Source: a virus. From it: a DNA stretch of 64,000 nucleotides. The notes below the pieces were generated by a model that was not told where the DNA came from, did no database searches, and was given only the letters and a program-made list of their open reading frames with translations. The translations under genes and the position numbers were made by a program. The stretch lies in IMG/VR virus record IMGVR_UViG_3300025849_000010, positions 95,619 through 159,618 of that record. One strand, 5' to 3'. Of the stretch, positions 1-11,700 are shown in pieces (position 1 is the first letter of the stretch; each line of letters opens with the position of its first letter).

Positions 1-2
1 AT

Positions 3-2648
3 GCTGCTGAAGGTGACATATCAATCAATGCAGCTGACGGAACACAGCAACTAGAAATCACTGGTGGGCCAATTATTTTACGAGGAGAAATCCAACTTGG
101 TACTGATCCGCTATTACAAGGTGATGACTTTCCTCATGTAACTAAATTTAAATCGTTTGTTGAAAGCAACATACAGCCAGCTCCTGAATTTACAGGGATA
201 TGGGACTTAGGACAACCTGACGCAGTCTGGGCAACACTGTATGCAAGTGCAGTGCAAGTAGATGACATACGTTTAGAAGATAATAAAATCTCAGTTAATA
301 ATACTAACTCTGATTTAGAAATTATACCAAGCGGTGCAGGTAGTGTTCTCATTGGAGGTACAACTTATCTTAAAGTACCAGTAGGTAATACACCCGAACG
401 TGGTCCAAATGCACAAGCAGGTGCTATCCGATTCAACACACAAATTCAGCAGTTTGAAGGTTATCAGGGAACAGCATGGAGCTCACTAGGCGGCATTAAA
501 GACATTGACGGTAATACATATATTACTCCAGAAGTATCTCCAGGGTCTAACGATGATAGGTTTGATATATACGCTGGCGGAACATTAATCGGACAGTGGG
601 ATTTTGATGATCTTACAGTAAATTCTACTAGATTTAATAACAACAACTTTACGTTTGAAAATAATGTCATGAAAATGACAGACATTGATACTAACTATCG
701 TTTTGAAATAACTCCAGGTGGAACTGGTGAATTCTTCTTTAACAAAACAGTTCATATTGAAGGCGACATTGTATTGCCAGGCGGCACTATTAGTGCGCCT
801 AATGCAACGCTATCTATTACAAGTTTAGCAGCACAAAATTTTGCAAGTGATATTATTCCTGACGTTAATATGGCGTATGACATTGGTCATACAACTTCGA
901 TGTTTAGTGCAGCGTACATTGCAGAAGTTAACACATCAGATTTTAGATTATTTCAAAATAGAATTAGCACTATAAACACAAATGCTGATTTTGAAATTCA
1001 AGCAGCTGGCAGCGGTCAAGTTAGAATCATCGGCGATTCGGCATTAGTAATACCAGTTGGCGGCAATTCTGTAAGACCTGCAGGAGAACTTGGACAAGTA
1101 CGCTTTAATACTGATACTAATCAGTATGAAGGATACAACGGTATTGCATGGAGTTCATTAGGCGGCGTTCGTGATGTAGACGGCGACACTTACATAATTC
1201 CAGAAACAAGTCCAGGATCTAACGAAGACACATTGTTCTTCTATGGCGGCGGCATTGAGTTACTAAGACTTAACAATCAAGGCTTCCAAGGCGGAATATT
1301 AATTGATGGCAATTTAAGCATTGAAGGCAATGCAATTAAAACACTACAGTCAAACTCCGATATTGACATTATGCCAAACGGCACAGGCGAAGTTAATCTT
1401 GATGCAAATACAAACGTTACTGGTGTTTTAAATGCAAGCAATTGGGTAACTACTCCTAGAGCATTTATTACAGGCGAACTAATAAACAGAATTGCATACA
1501 TTGACTTTCAAAATGAAATACAAACTAGTGACAACTTGCAGTTTGATGACACTGAATTAACAGTAAATGTTCCTACAAATATTAACGGAAACACTACTAT
1601 TGATGGCATACTAAACATCACAGCAAATATTAACACCCCTGAAGTATTTTCGGATTTCTTAACTGTTGCTGAAGATGCATACTTCCTAAAGAATGTTTAC
1701 TTTGACGAAGTTGGAGTGTTTGGTACACGAATAGCTACACTTAATACAAATGCTCCGTTGCAACTTGATGCAGCAGGCAACGGTAGAATTGTTTCAATGA
1801 AAAACATGACCGTTGAAGGTGAGTTGTTTATTGAAGGTGACTTATACGGTAGTTCAACTACTCAGAATGTCTTTAACACAACAGCTACTACTATAAATGC
1901 ATTCGGTCAAGCAACAAACATTAGTTTTGGTAATGCAGCAGGTACAACTAGATTTAATTCTAACACCGGATCGTTAGCATATAATAGCGGCGCTGTTGTT
2001 ATTGGCGGCGGATTGGGAGTCGGAGAAAATATTAATGTACTCGGAGACCTAGCTGTACAAGGCGGTGAAATCCGTACTGCACAAGAAAACTTTGATCTTC
2101 TTAGAGATAACATACAGTTCTTAAGAGCATTTAACAGTGCAATTAGTATTGAATTTGGCGCAACAACTGGACAAACTTCCTTTGAGTCAACAGACTCTAG
2201 CACTAGTGTACTAACAGGTGGTGCAATATTTAAAGGCGGCATCGGTGTTGCTGAGAACGTTTATGTCGGCGGCATTATTAATGCTACCAATACAGTAGAT
2301 TCTACAAGTGCAGCAACTGGTGCAATAGTAACTGAAGGCGGAGTCGGTATTGGCAAAGCACTTTATGTTGCAGGCCTTACAAGACTTGAAGATCCAACTA
2401 GTTCTACATCTAGTACAACAGGAGCGTTATTAGTAACCGGCGGTGTTGGCATTGCTGAGAATATAAACGTTGCTGGCATTATGCAAATCGAATCAACTAC
2501 TGAGTCGGGAAGTACTACTTCCGGAGCATTAGTAGTAGAGGGCGGAGTTGGCGTTGGTAGAGATATCTACGTTGGACAAGATTTAGAAGGCGCTGGAATT
2601 GATTTAAGTTACATTAATAACTTCACAATTGATGGCGGCACATTCTAA
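3..2648 (+). CDS. Virion structural / tail-fibre-like repeat protein, 5'-truncated by the window edge
   Basis: The frame is open from nt 3, so the ORF-track start at 252 is an internal GTG. Two copies of G.(I/V)RFNT...EGY.G.AWSSLGG..D.DG.TYI.PE.SPGSN.D and about five C-terminal S.S..TGA.V..GG.G(I/V) repeats, typical of T4-like fibre proteins. Confidence 0.75.
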   Translation, partial: AAEGDISINAADGTQQLEITGGPIILRGEIQLGTDPLLQGDDFPHVTKFKSFVESNIQPAPEFTGIWDLGQPDAVWATLYASAVQVDDIRLEDNKISVNNTNSDLEIIPSGAGSVLIGGTTYLKVPVGNTPERGPNAQAGAIRFNTQIQQFEGYQGTAWSSLGGIKDIDGNTYITPEVSPGSNDDRFDIYAGGTLIGQWDFDDLTVNSTRFNNNNFTFENNVMKMTDIDTNYRFEITPGGTGEFFFNKTVHIEGDIVLPGGTISAPNATLSITSLAAQNFASDIIPDVNMAYDIGHTTSMFSAAYIAEVNTSDFRLFQNRISTINTNADFEIQAAGSGQVRIIGDSALVIPVGGNSVRPAGELGQVRFNTDTNQYEGYNGIAWSSLGGVRDVDGDTYIIPETSPGSNEDTLFFYGGGIELLRLNNQGFQGGILIDGNLSIEGNAIKTLQSNSDIDIMPNGTGEVNLDANTNVTGVLNASNWVTTPRAFITGELINRIAYIDFQNEIQTSDNLQFDDTELTVNVPTNINGNTTIDGILNITANINTPEVFSDFLTVAEDAYFLKNVYFDEVGVFGTRIATLNTNAPLQLDAAGNGRIVSMKNMTVEGELFIEGDLYGSSTTQNVFNTTATTINAFGQATNISFGNAAGTTRFNSNTGSLAYNSGAVVIGGGLGVGENINVLGDLAVQGGEIRTAQENFDLLRDNIQFLRAFNSAISIEFGATTGQTSFESTDSSTSVLTGGAIFKGGIGVAENVYVGGIINATNTVDSTSAATGAIVTEGGVGIGKALYVAGLTRLEDPTSSTSSTTGALLVTGGVGIAENINVAGIMQIESTTESGSTTSGALVVEGGVGVGRDIYVGQDLEGAGIDLSYINNFTIDGGTF

Positions 2649-2671
2649 AAAATCCGTATCCTTCTCAAAGA

Positions 2672-2679
2672 AATAAATA
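2672..2679 (+). promoter_or_regulatory. Putative T4-type late promoter (AATAAATA) for the giant fibre and possibly the downstream modification arm
   Basis: TAAATA core in the intergenic gap before ATG 2717; the same core recurs before most structural genes. Confidence 0.55.
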
Positions 2680-2716
2680 CATATACAAGAATATCGTAAC
2701 TGGGAAGTAACCAATA

Positions 2717-5700
2717 ATGGCAAATAAAATATTACACAAACGAAATAATGTTAGCGGACAAGAGCCTCTTGCAGAGCAATTAGACCTAGGCGAAATTGCT
2801 ATTAACACTGCTGATGGTAAAATGTTTATTAAACAGTCCGACGGCAGTATTAAAGATGTAACACAACAAATTGAAAAAGGTGACACACGAGTTGTAGTAA
2901 ACGACCAAGGAAATGGCGTTGTTACAATGGAAGTCGACGGCATTGAAAAATTACGTGTAGACGGTACAAAGGTTTATGTATCCGATGATTTAGAAATTGA
3001 TGATCAAGGATCGATTAAATTAAAAGAACTTGGACAATTTGGTAGTAGTTCAGTTAATATTAAAGCACCGCCAGAATTGGAAGAGTCTTATGATATTATA
3101 CTTCCAGATACCGATGCTCGCAAAGGACAAATTTTACAGAATCTAGGCTTTGGCCAAACTAAATGGAGTGACCCAGGCTCCTTAGGTGGTAACAGAGTTT
3201 ACGTAAGTGCAGAGTACGGTGACGATACAAATGACGGACGCACAGGCGCTGTTAAAACAATTAAACGTGCTGCACAAATTGCATCCGACGGTATTTTTAC
3301 ACCAGTTGTTGATCCAGGTGAAAGTGCATATGCAGCTAAAGACTTATTAGAAGTAAACAGAACTTTCTTGCAAACAGAAGTTCTAAACTTTAGTACTAAA
3401 GCATTTAACATTACTTATGATCAAGCTAAGTGTGAACGAGATGTTGGCTTAATTATTGATGCAATTGAAAATGACTTGCGCTTTGGCGGCGATGCAGCTA
3501 CCTCACACGCAGGTGCAGCATATTCATTAGAAAGTTCTGCACTAGTTAAACAAGCTCAAGATGTTGCTACATCATACGGTTTACAACGTGCTAGAGATCT
3601 TGCTAAATCAGTTGTTACTAACACGCCTATTATTGATACAACACAAGTAGCAGTAGCGCAGCAATTTGACGGTACAAAAACTGCAACAGCAAGCGAAGCA
3701 GCAACAGTTGAATCACTAGGACAAAAAGTTGTCGACTTTTACGACAACGGCGTTGGCGAAGCTCCTAACGAAACTCAAACACAAGATGTTGGTCTACTAA
3801 ATGCTGAAACATTAATTGACAACAACAAAACCTTTATTCAAAACGAAGTTATTGCTTTCTTAAATAATAAGTACAGCGGATTTAGTTTTGATGCAGCTAA
3901 ATGTTCTCGAGATACTGGGTATATTGTTGACGCTGCAAATTTTGACTTACTATACAGTGGTAATGCAGAATCTCATTATGCAGGTATAACTTACTTAAAT
4001 GCAACAGCATCTTTAGTACGTTCGGATCAAAAACAAGAAACACTTGCAGGCATTGACTATGCTAGATCTCTAGCAGAAAAAGTTGTATTAGGCCAGCAAG
4101 TTGATTACTTGTATCAAACAACAGTGGCACAAAACACTGAATTAACTCCTGGTACGCAAACTGAAGCAACAACAGTCTTTAATAACATTAGCAAAGTTTA
4201 TTCAATCCTAAACAACGGTATTGGTACTGCTAACGGAGTAGTAACGACTGATGCAGGCAAGTTAAATTCAGAAACACTTATTGATCAAAACCAAGACTTT
4301 ATTAAAGAAGAAGTTATTGGATACTTAACTACAACTTATCCAGGCTTTTCATACGATCAGAACAAGTGTCGTAGAGATGTAGGATATATTTTAGATGCTA
4401 TTAGTTACGACTTAACACATGGCGGTAACAATGAAAGTATTCAAGCAGCACTAGCGTATTACCAGTGGACTGCAAAAGATGCAGTTAACTTGCAATTGGC
4501 AGAAACAAGAGCAGGAATTACATATGCAATTGATCTTGCTAAACTTGTTATTGTTAACCAAGATCCTGCTACTAGTTATCAAGGTATATTTGCACAGTTT
4601 AAAGACGCAGGCAATCCAGGCGATGCAACTTCACAAACTATACTTACTGGATTAGGCAGCTTAATTGACGATATCATCACAGATGGCGATAGTACTACTA
4701 TTGGCCTAGACATTGATCCTAATAACTCTGTACCAAGTGCAGTTCAAGATACAGTAAATGCTAATGCAATTCTTGCAGCAAACAAAGAATTTATTCAAGC
4801 TGAAGTTGTAGCGTTTATTGAAGAAAACTTTGGCAACTTTAATTACGATCCAGTTGCATGTGAAAGAGATGTTGGCTTAATTGTTGATGCAGTTAAGTTT
4901 GATATTGAACACGGTGGCGATGCTGAAAGTATTTTTGCAGGGATAAGTTATTACAACAATGTAACAACTGGCACTGGGGAAATCACAGGCGATGCTATTG
5001 AAGTTCTAAGAAAGCAACTACAGCCTACATTAGACGCTGTAGAATATGCTAGAGATTTGCTTGCAAACGTTGTATTACAAAATGCAGTATCAAATCTTTA
5101 CCAAAGTGGAACAACGCAAACATTCGACGGCACAAATCCAAGCACAACAAGTGTAGCACAAACAGTTTTTAATCGTGCTAATACTATATTAACTATTCTT
5201 AAGAATGGGTTAGGTACAACTAACAGCTTTACAAAAACTACCGGAATTGGTGCGTTAAACACTGAAGCATTGTTGCAAGCAAACACTGCATTTTTGCAAG
5301 AAGAAGTACTTGGGTATATTAATAATCAATATCCTGGACTAACATATGACCAAGCTTCATGTCGCAGAGACGTTGAATTAATTGTTGATGCTATTGCGTA
5401 TGACTTAACACACGGCGGTAATACAAATAGTATTGCAGCAGGTACAGCATACTATAGACAAGCAGCAGCACTTGTAGTCACTGGACAAAGTACAGAAACT
5501 TTAGCAGGCCTAGTGCATCTAAAAGAACTTGCACAAAAAGTTGTTCGTAACGTAACAGTTGACGTTACATATAGTGCAACACCTCAAGTATTTGACGGTG
5601 CAAACCCAGGTGATGTAACAAGTGCAAACACAGTAGGAACACTAGCTGATATTGTTATTGATATTGTTGACGATGGACTAAGTCCTTATATTAACATTAC

Positions 5701-8700
5701 AGCAAACGGCGCATTAACAACTGATCAAGACATACTTGATGCAGGCGCATTGATTGCTTCGAACAAACTATTCATACAAAAAGAAGTAGTTGCTTATGTT
5801 GACGGAAGTTGGATTAACTTCTCAAGTAACTATAATCAAACAACTTGCAGTCGCGATGTTGGTTTAATTCTAGATGCAATTAACTTTGACTTAACATGGG
5901 GCGGAACATCTAATGCTGTTGCTGCTGGTATTGCATACTTTAAACAAAGCAGTCAGCTAACACTACAGCGTCAGTTAGTACAAACTATTGACGGTATCAT
6001 GCATGCTATTAGATTAGCACAGCAGGTAGTTGAAAACTATCCAGTAGTAAGTTTCCAAAATACTGCTGCACAAGTAACTGACAATTTAAATCCAGGTAGC
6101 GCAGAAGCAATTACTAAGATTGCAGAACTTGGCGCACTAATCGAAGACATTGTTATTGACGGAGCAAGTGCAACTGCAGGTGTTACTATCTTTGGAAACG
6201 GAATTGTTCCAAATTCAAACATAGCTGTACAAAACGCAGCAGATTTGATTGCACTAAACAGATCGTTTATTCAAGCTGAAGTAGTAAGTTACATTAATAC
6301 TTACTTTACAAACTTCACTTATGACACTGATTTCTGTTACAGAGATGTTGGCTTGTTTATTGATGCAATACAATATGATTTGATCTTTGGTGGTAACGAA
6401 CGTGCTATTGAAGCAGGTAAATCATACTATATTGGTAATACTATTGTTATTCCGGGACAAGAATTCCAAACAGTTCTTGCTAATAGATACTTCCAGTCAT
6501 TAGTAGACAACATATTACAAAACATTGTTAACAAGAAACTTTATCAAAATGTTACTGGTCAAATTACTGACCCAACTAAGATAGTTGACGGCACAACACT
6601 AGGAATTGTTGAAGCGGAATTTAATACTATTGTTGATATTATTGAAAATGGTCCTACATCGCCTAACATTCCTACAGAAGTTGAAGGCGCATTTAATATC
6701 AGTTACACAACTATTATGGTGTCAACTGGTGAATATAAAGAAGACAACCCAGTTATTATTCCAGACTATGTATCTATTGTTGGCGATAACTTGCGTACAA
6801 CTATTATTCGTCCGCTAAATGCTAACCAAGATATTTTCCGTATTCGTAACGGTGCTTATTTGTTAGGTGTTACATTTAAAGATGGACTAGATGCATTTAA
6901 CGTACCTAGCTTTACAGGTAGATATTGTACTGCGTTTGACGATCCGTTTGACACAGGTGTTGATCGTACTGGTTATATAGGACTAAGAGATCGTCCGCTT
7001 ATTACACAGTCGCCATACATACAAAACGTATCTATTATTTCGTTCTTAGGTCTAAGCGGTTGTTTAGTAGACGGTTCAAAAGTTATTACACCGAACGTAC
7101 CGCGTTTTGCTATCGAAGCTGAAAATCCAGTATTTGGTGAAACACCTGAACAAGGTAAGTCAATGGTTGCTAACGCATATACTATGCTATCATTTGGTGG
7201 TATTGGCTGGCGCTTAACTAACGATGCATACGCACAGATCGTTTCGTGTTTCCAAATTTTCCTTGGAAATGGTTGCTGGTGTCAGTCAGGTGCTTACCTT
7301 TCTGTTACTAACTCTGCTACTAACTTTGGTCTATACGCACTACGTTCGTCAGGTTACTCTGCAAACAGCTTTGTGTTTGACCGTGGTGTTATTGCAGAAG
7401 TCGGCGCCCAAGCATCGCAGCAAAAACTTATCACAGTTGGTACTAAGCGTACTCCAGTTAACCAATTCGTTATTAGATTGTACGACGATGACGAGTACAA
7501 TAACTTAGCAAACGATATTACAAACAGCTTTAAAACTATTCCAAATATTGTTTACTTTAATGCAGGCGAACTTGGAGAATTATATGGCGATGCTGCAAAC
7601 TACGAAGTTGTAGCAGTAGGGTCAACTACATTTACAGTACAAATAGGATCTGGCAAAAACTTAGGATCTTGGGTCGAAGGCGGCACAGTTGACATAAACG
7701 GTGCATTTAATCCAGCAGCAGTATTGTCAGCTTCGTATAATAATACAAACGGTGCTTTAGAAATTGAAGTAACTACTTTACCGAATATTGGTGACATAGT
7801 AACACTTACTACATTGACTTTTGACGGAACTAACTACCCTGTAAACGAAGAAGGTTCACTAAGTCTTGAAGACAATACTATTACTATTCCGGGACACGGC
7901 TTAGTAACAGGAGATGCATTAACATATCGCAGAAACGGTAATATTGAAATTAACGGCTTTGCAGACCAAGGTTTGTATTATGTCGAGGTTCTAACTGATG
8001 ATATTATTAGACTATATCAAGATGACTCAAGAGGATTCGTTGCAGATATTATTGACGTATCAACAGGACAACATTATTTCGAAACACAGACTGAAGAATT
8101 CTTTATCGATGATATCATTCTTGATGCAGATAGCAATAAACTAACACACAACAAGTATCAGGTGTTAACACTTGCACCAGGAACATATAACTTTGAACCA
8201 GGTGACACTATTGAAGCAACAACTGGGGTTTATAGAAACAAGGCGTTTGTTTATACCTACGAAGCTGCAACAAGACAGCTAACTGTATCAGTTGAGAAAG
8301 CAGACAATTCAGGTTCACTAACAAGAATCTTCTTTGATGCAACTTCGATTATTGATAGAGATAGTAGTGCTATTCCGCAAAGTAATATACCTGTAACAGG
8401 ATTTACTTCTAGAACAGACTTATTTACAGCAGAGTTTACAATTGATCCGACTATTGTAGGTGGCGTACTAACTAATACAGGTGCGTTAAAAGGAACATTT
8501 ATTCGCTTGCATAGACCTTCAATTGTTAACAGTTCGTCACACACTTGGGAATATGCAGGTTCAGGTACAGACTATAACGCTCTACCACAGAACGGCGGTA
8601 TTACAAGAGAAGAATTTGAACAGTTTAGTGACTTACCAGGACGAGTTTACTCTTCAGGTACTAACGAACTTGGTGACTTTAAAGTTGGTGACTTCATTGT

Positions 8701-11700
8701 TGCAGAAAACAGAACTGGTAACATTACATTTAAAAACACAGTTACAGTTGGTGAACTTTCAGCACTGAAACTTGCAGTTTCGGATGTTGTTATTGAAGCA
8801 ATTTCAACTGATCCAGGACTAGGCGACAACGAACCAGGTGGTGCTACAGATACACGTTTGATTACGCAGAATGCAGCACGTAGCTTCTTAGCAAACAGAC
8901 TAGGTGACTTCATTGACAAGAACGTATCTACTAACTCAGTTAGTGGTGCTGTTCCGCAGATGAACGCACAAGGCTTGTTAAACTCGGATATTATTCCAGC
9001 AACACGTAACTTTAGTTTGTTCACAACAGATAAGAAGTTTGGTAGATTTAACCTAACTGATGATATTCCTGCGCAGGAACCGCTACAAGGCGATATTGCA
9101 CAAGAACGTTACTCACGTACATTCTTTACATTAAGTGCGCCAATAGCATTGAATGAAGACGATGTTATTATTGAATTAAACACTGGAGCAACTGCTATTG
9201 TTGATGAAGACAACGGCGGCGCGGCTACTGTTTATCTTGCTAACATCGAAGGAACGTTTAGTAATAATATTAGCGGAAACGTACTTAATGTAAGAGGAAG
9301 TAACACTACTACATATATTACTAATACTGGTTCAAGTGAAGTACGAGACATTCAGTACACAATGGTACAAGACTCGTCGAGTCAGTTCCTAAGATACTTA
9401 CCATCAGGCGCAGCTTTTGTTAATGGACAAACCATTACAGCAGCTAATTCAAAGACACAAGGTGTAATTACCGGTCAAGTTGAAGGTGTTGCATTGGCAC
9501 TTGATCTTGGAAATATTAGTACAGGTAATGGATATGTTCCATCAACTGGTTCACAAACATATAAGGGTGTTGTACTTTCAAATGTTAGCGGAACAGGCAC
9601 AGGTGCTATTGCAGACATTAGTGTAACCAACGGCAAAGTTACAAACGTTGACCTTACAAGAGGCGGCAGCGGATATGCTGTTGGTAATGCATTAACTGCA
9701 ACAGTTGACCAACTAGGCGGACAGAACACACAAGACTTCCAGGTTAGCATACTTGGAGTTGATAATAGAGTGTTTGTTGAGTTGCTAGCAGGAAAGTTTG
9801 TTGCTACAACAAGTTCAAATGATTATACTGAAGACGGCAACGCAGTAGTAACTACTGTACCGTTAGGAAATACAACACTTACTGCATTTAATGCTGACAC
9901 TATTGGCAACGGCGGTAATGTTGATTATCCAACTTCACGAATAACAATTAATTCGCATATATTTGATAACGGAGATGTAGTTAACTATGCTAGTTCACCA
10001 AATCCAGCAATTGGCGGATTTATACAAGGTGAAAGTTACTTTGTTAAAGTTGTTGATGCAAACACTATTGAACTTTACAACAGATACGATTTAAATGCTG
10101 CAAATAAAGTAATATTTACTTCCAGTTCTACAGGCACACATGCGTTTATTATTAACTATGTTGACACACGTAAAGATCGCATTTATGCACAGGACCACGG
10201 ATTTACTAACGGACAAGCATTCCGTTTTGTAGGAGCTAATCCTCCAACTGGCATGGCAAGCGGCGGATACTACTATGCTGGTACAGTAAGTCAGAATACA
10301 TTCTCGGTACACGAATTCCAGCAAGACGCAGAAAACAGTGTTAATGGAGTAACTCAAGGTGCTATTAACTTTATTCAAACTGGTAGCGGTAGTGCAGACT
10401 TTATTCACCAAAATATTACAATTTACGGAGAAGTTAACACATCAGGTAATGTAGAAACTAACTGGGCACTAACTGGTAGTGCAAACGTAGACGCATCAAA
10501 CATTGTGTCGGGTGTTATTAGTACATCACGTTTGGCAGCAGTTGGTACAGCGAATAGTGATACTTACTTAAAAGGTGACAGCAGTTGGGATTATGCAACA
10601 CGTACAGTTCGTACAGCACTTAATTCACCGCTTAACATAACTGGTAACTTCTATACAAGCGGCGGTCAAAACTTCTACTTCAAGAACACACAGTTTGATA
10701 TTGACAGAACTGATGGCACTTTAGGTAACCAAAGTTTCACTAACCTTGGTGTTGCAGCATTTAGTAAAGCACAGTTTAACGTAAACTCAGGTGAAGTTGA
10801 ACTAAAAGCAGGAGTACTAGATGCAGGAACACTAGACGGACTAGATAGTCAATACTTCCTAGATCCAGGAAACTTACTAAATCCAGTTCCTGTATCACGT
10901 GGCGGTACACAGATAGATCAATATATTGCCGGGGATATGATTTATGCAACATCTCCAACAACACTAAACAGACTGCCAATTGGTAGTCAAGGTGCTGTTA
11001 TGGTTGTTGATGAATTAGGGAACCCAGCATGGTCAAATGACGTTGCTCCGTTTGTTGAAGATACTAATAACTTCGGTGTTTCAAGACCACTAGAAATACG
11101 ACATGACGTAACAAATACTCCAGCAGTTGGCATTGGTGTTGGTATGCAGTTCCAGGTTGAAACTGCTAACAATAACAGAGAAGTTGGCGGCACTATTGAC
11201 GCTGTTGCATCAGACGTAACATTTGGTTCAGAAGACTTTAGCTTTAAGTTTAACTTAATGGCAGCAGGCTTCTTAGCAGAGCGTATGGTACTAGACTCAT
11301 TAGGTAACTTAGCTATTGACGGTGACTTAAATGTTGACGGTGGTGATATTAAAACTACTAAAACAAGTGCAACTGTATACGATACTACAGTTACATCACT
11401 AAGCATTGGTAGAGCTGCAACTTCAGTTACTATTGGCGCAGATAAAACTGGTGAACTAAGAGTACGAAATGCAACTCTAGTAGTTGGCGGTGACTCAATA
11501 GAAACACAGCCAGTTGATGCAAAAATTAAAGCACCAAATTCACTAGGTACTAACAAGCAAGGTCCAGATTTAACTATTCAAGGCGGCGCAAGTACAGGTA
11601 GTGGCGTAGCAGGATCAGTATTCATTGATACTGGTGCTAGTGGATCAAGCGGCAGTACTTCAAATACACAAGTAAATCGTGTAGAAATTAGCGGATCAGA

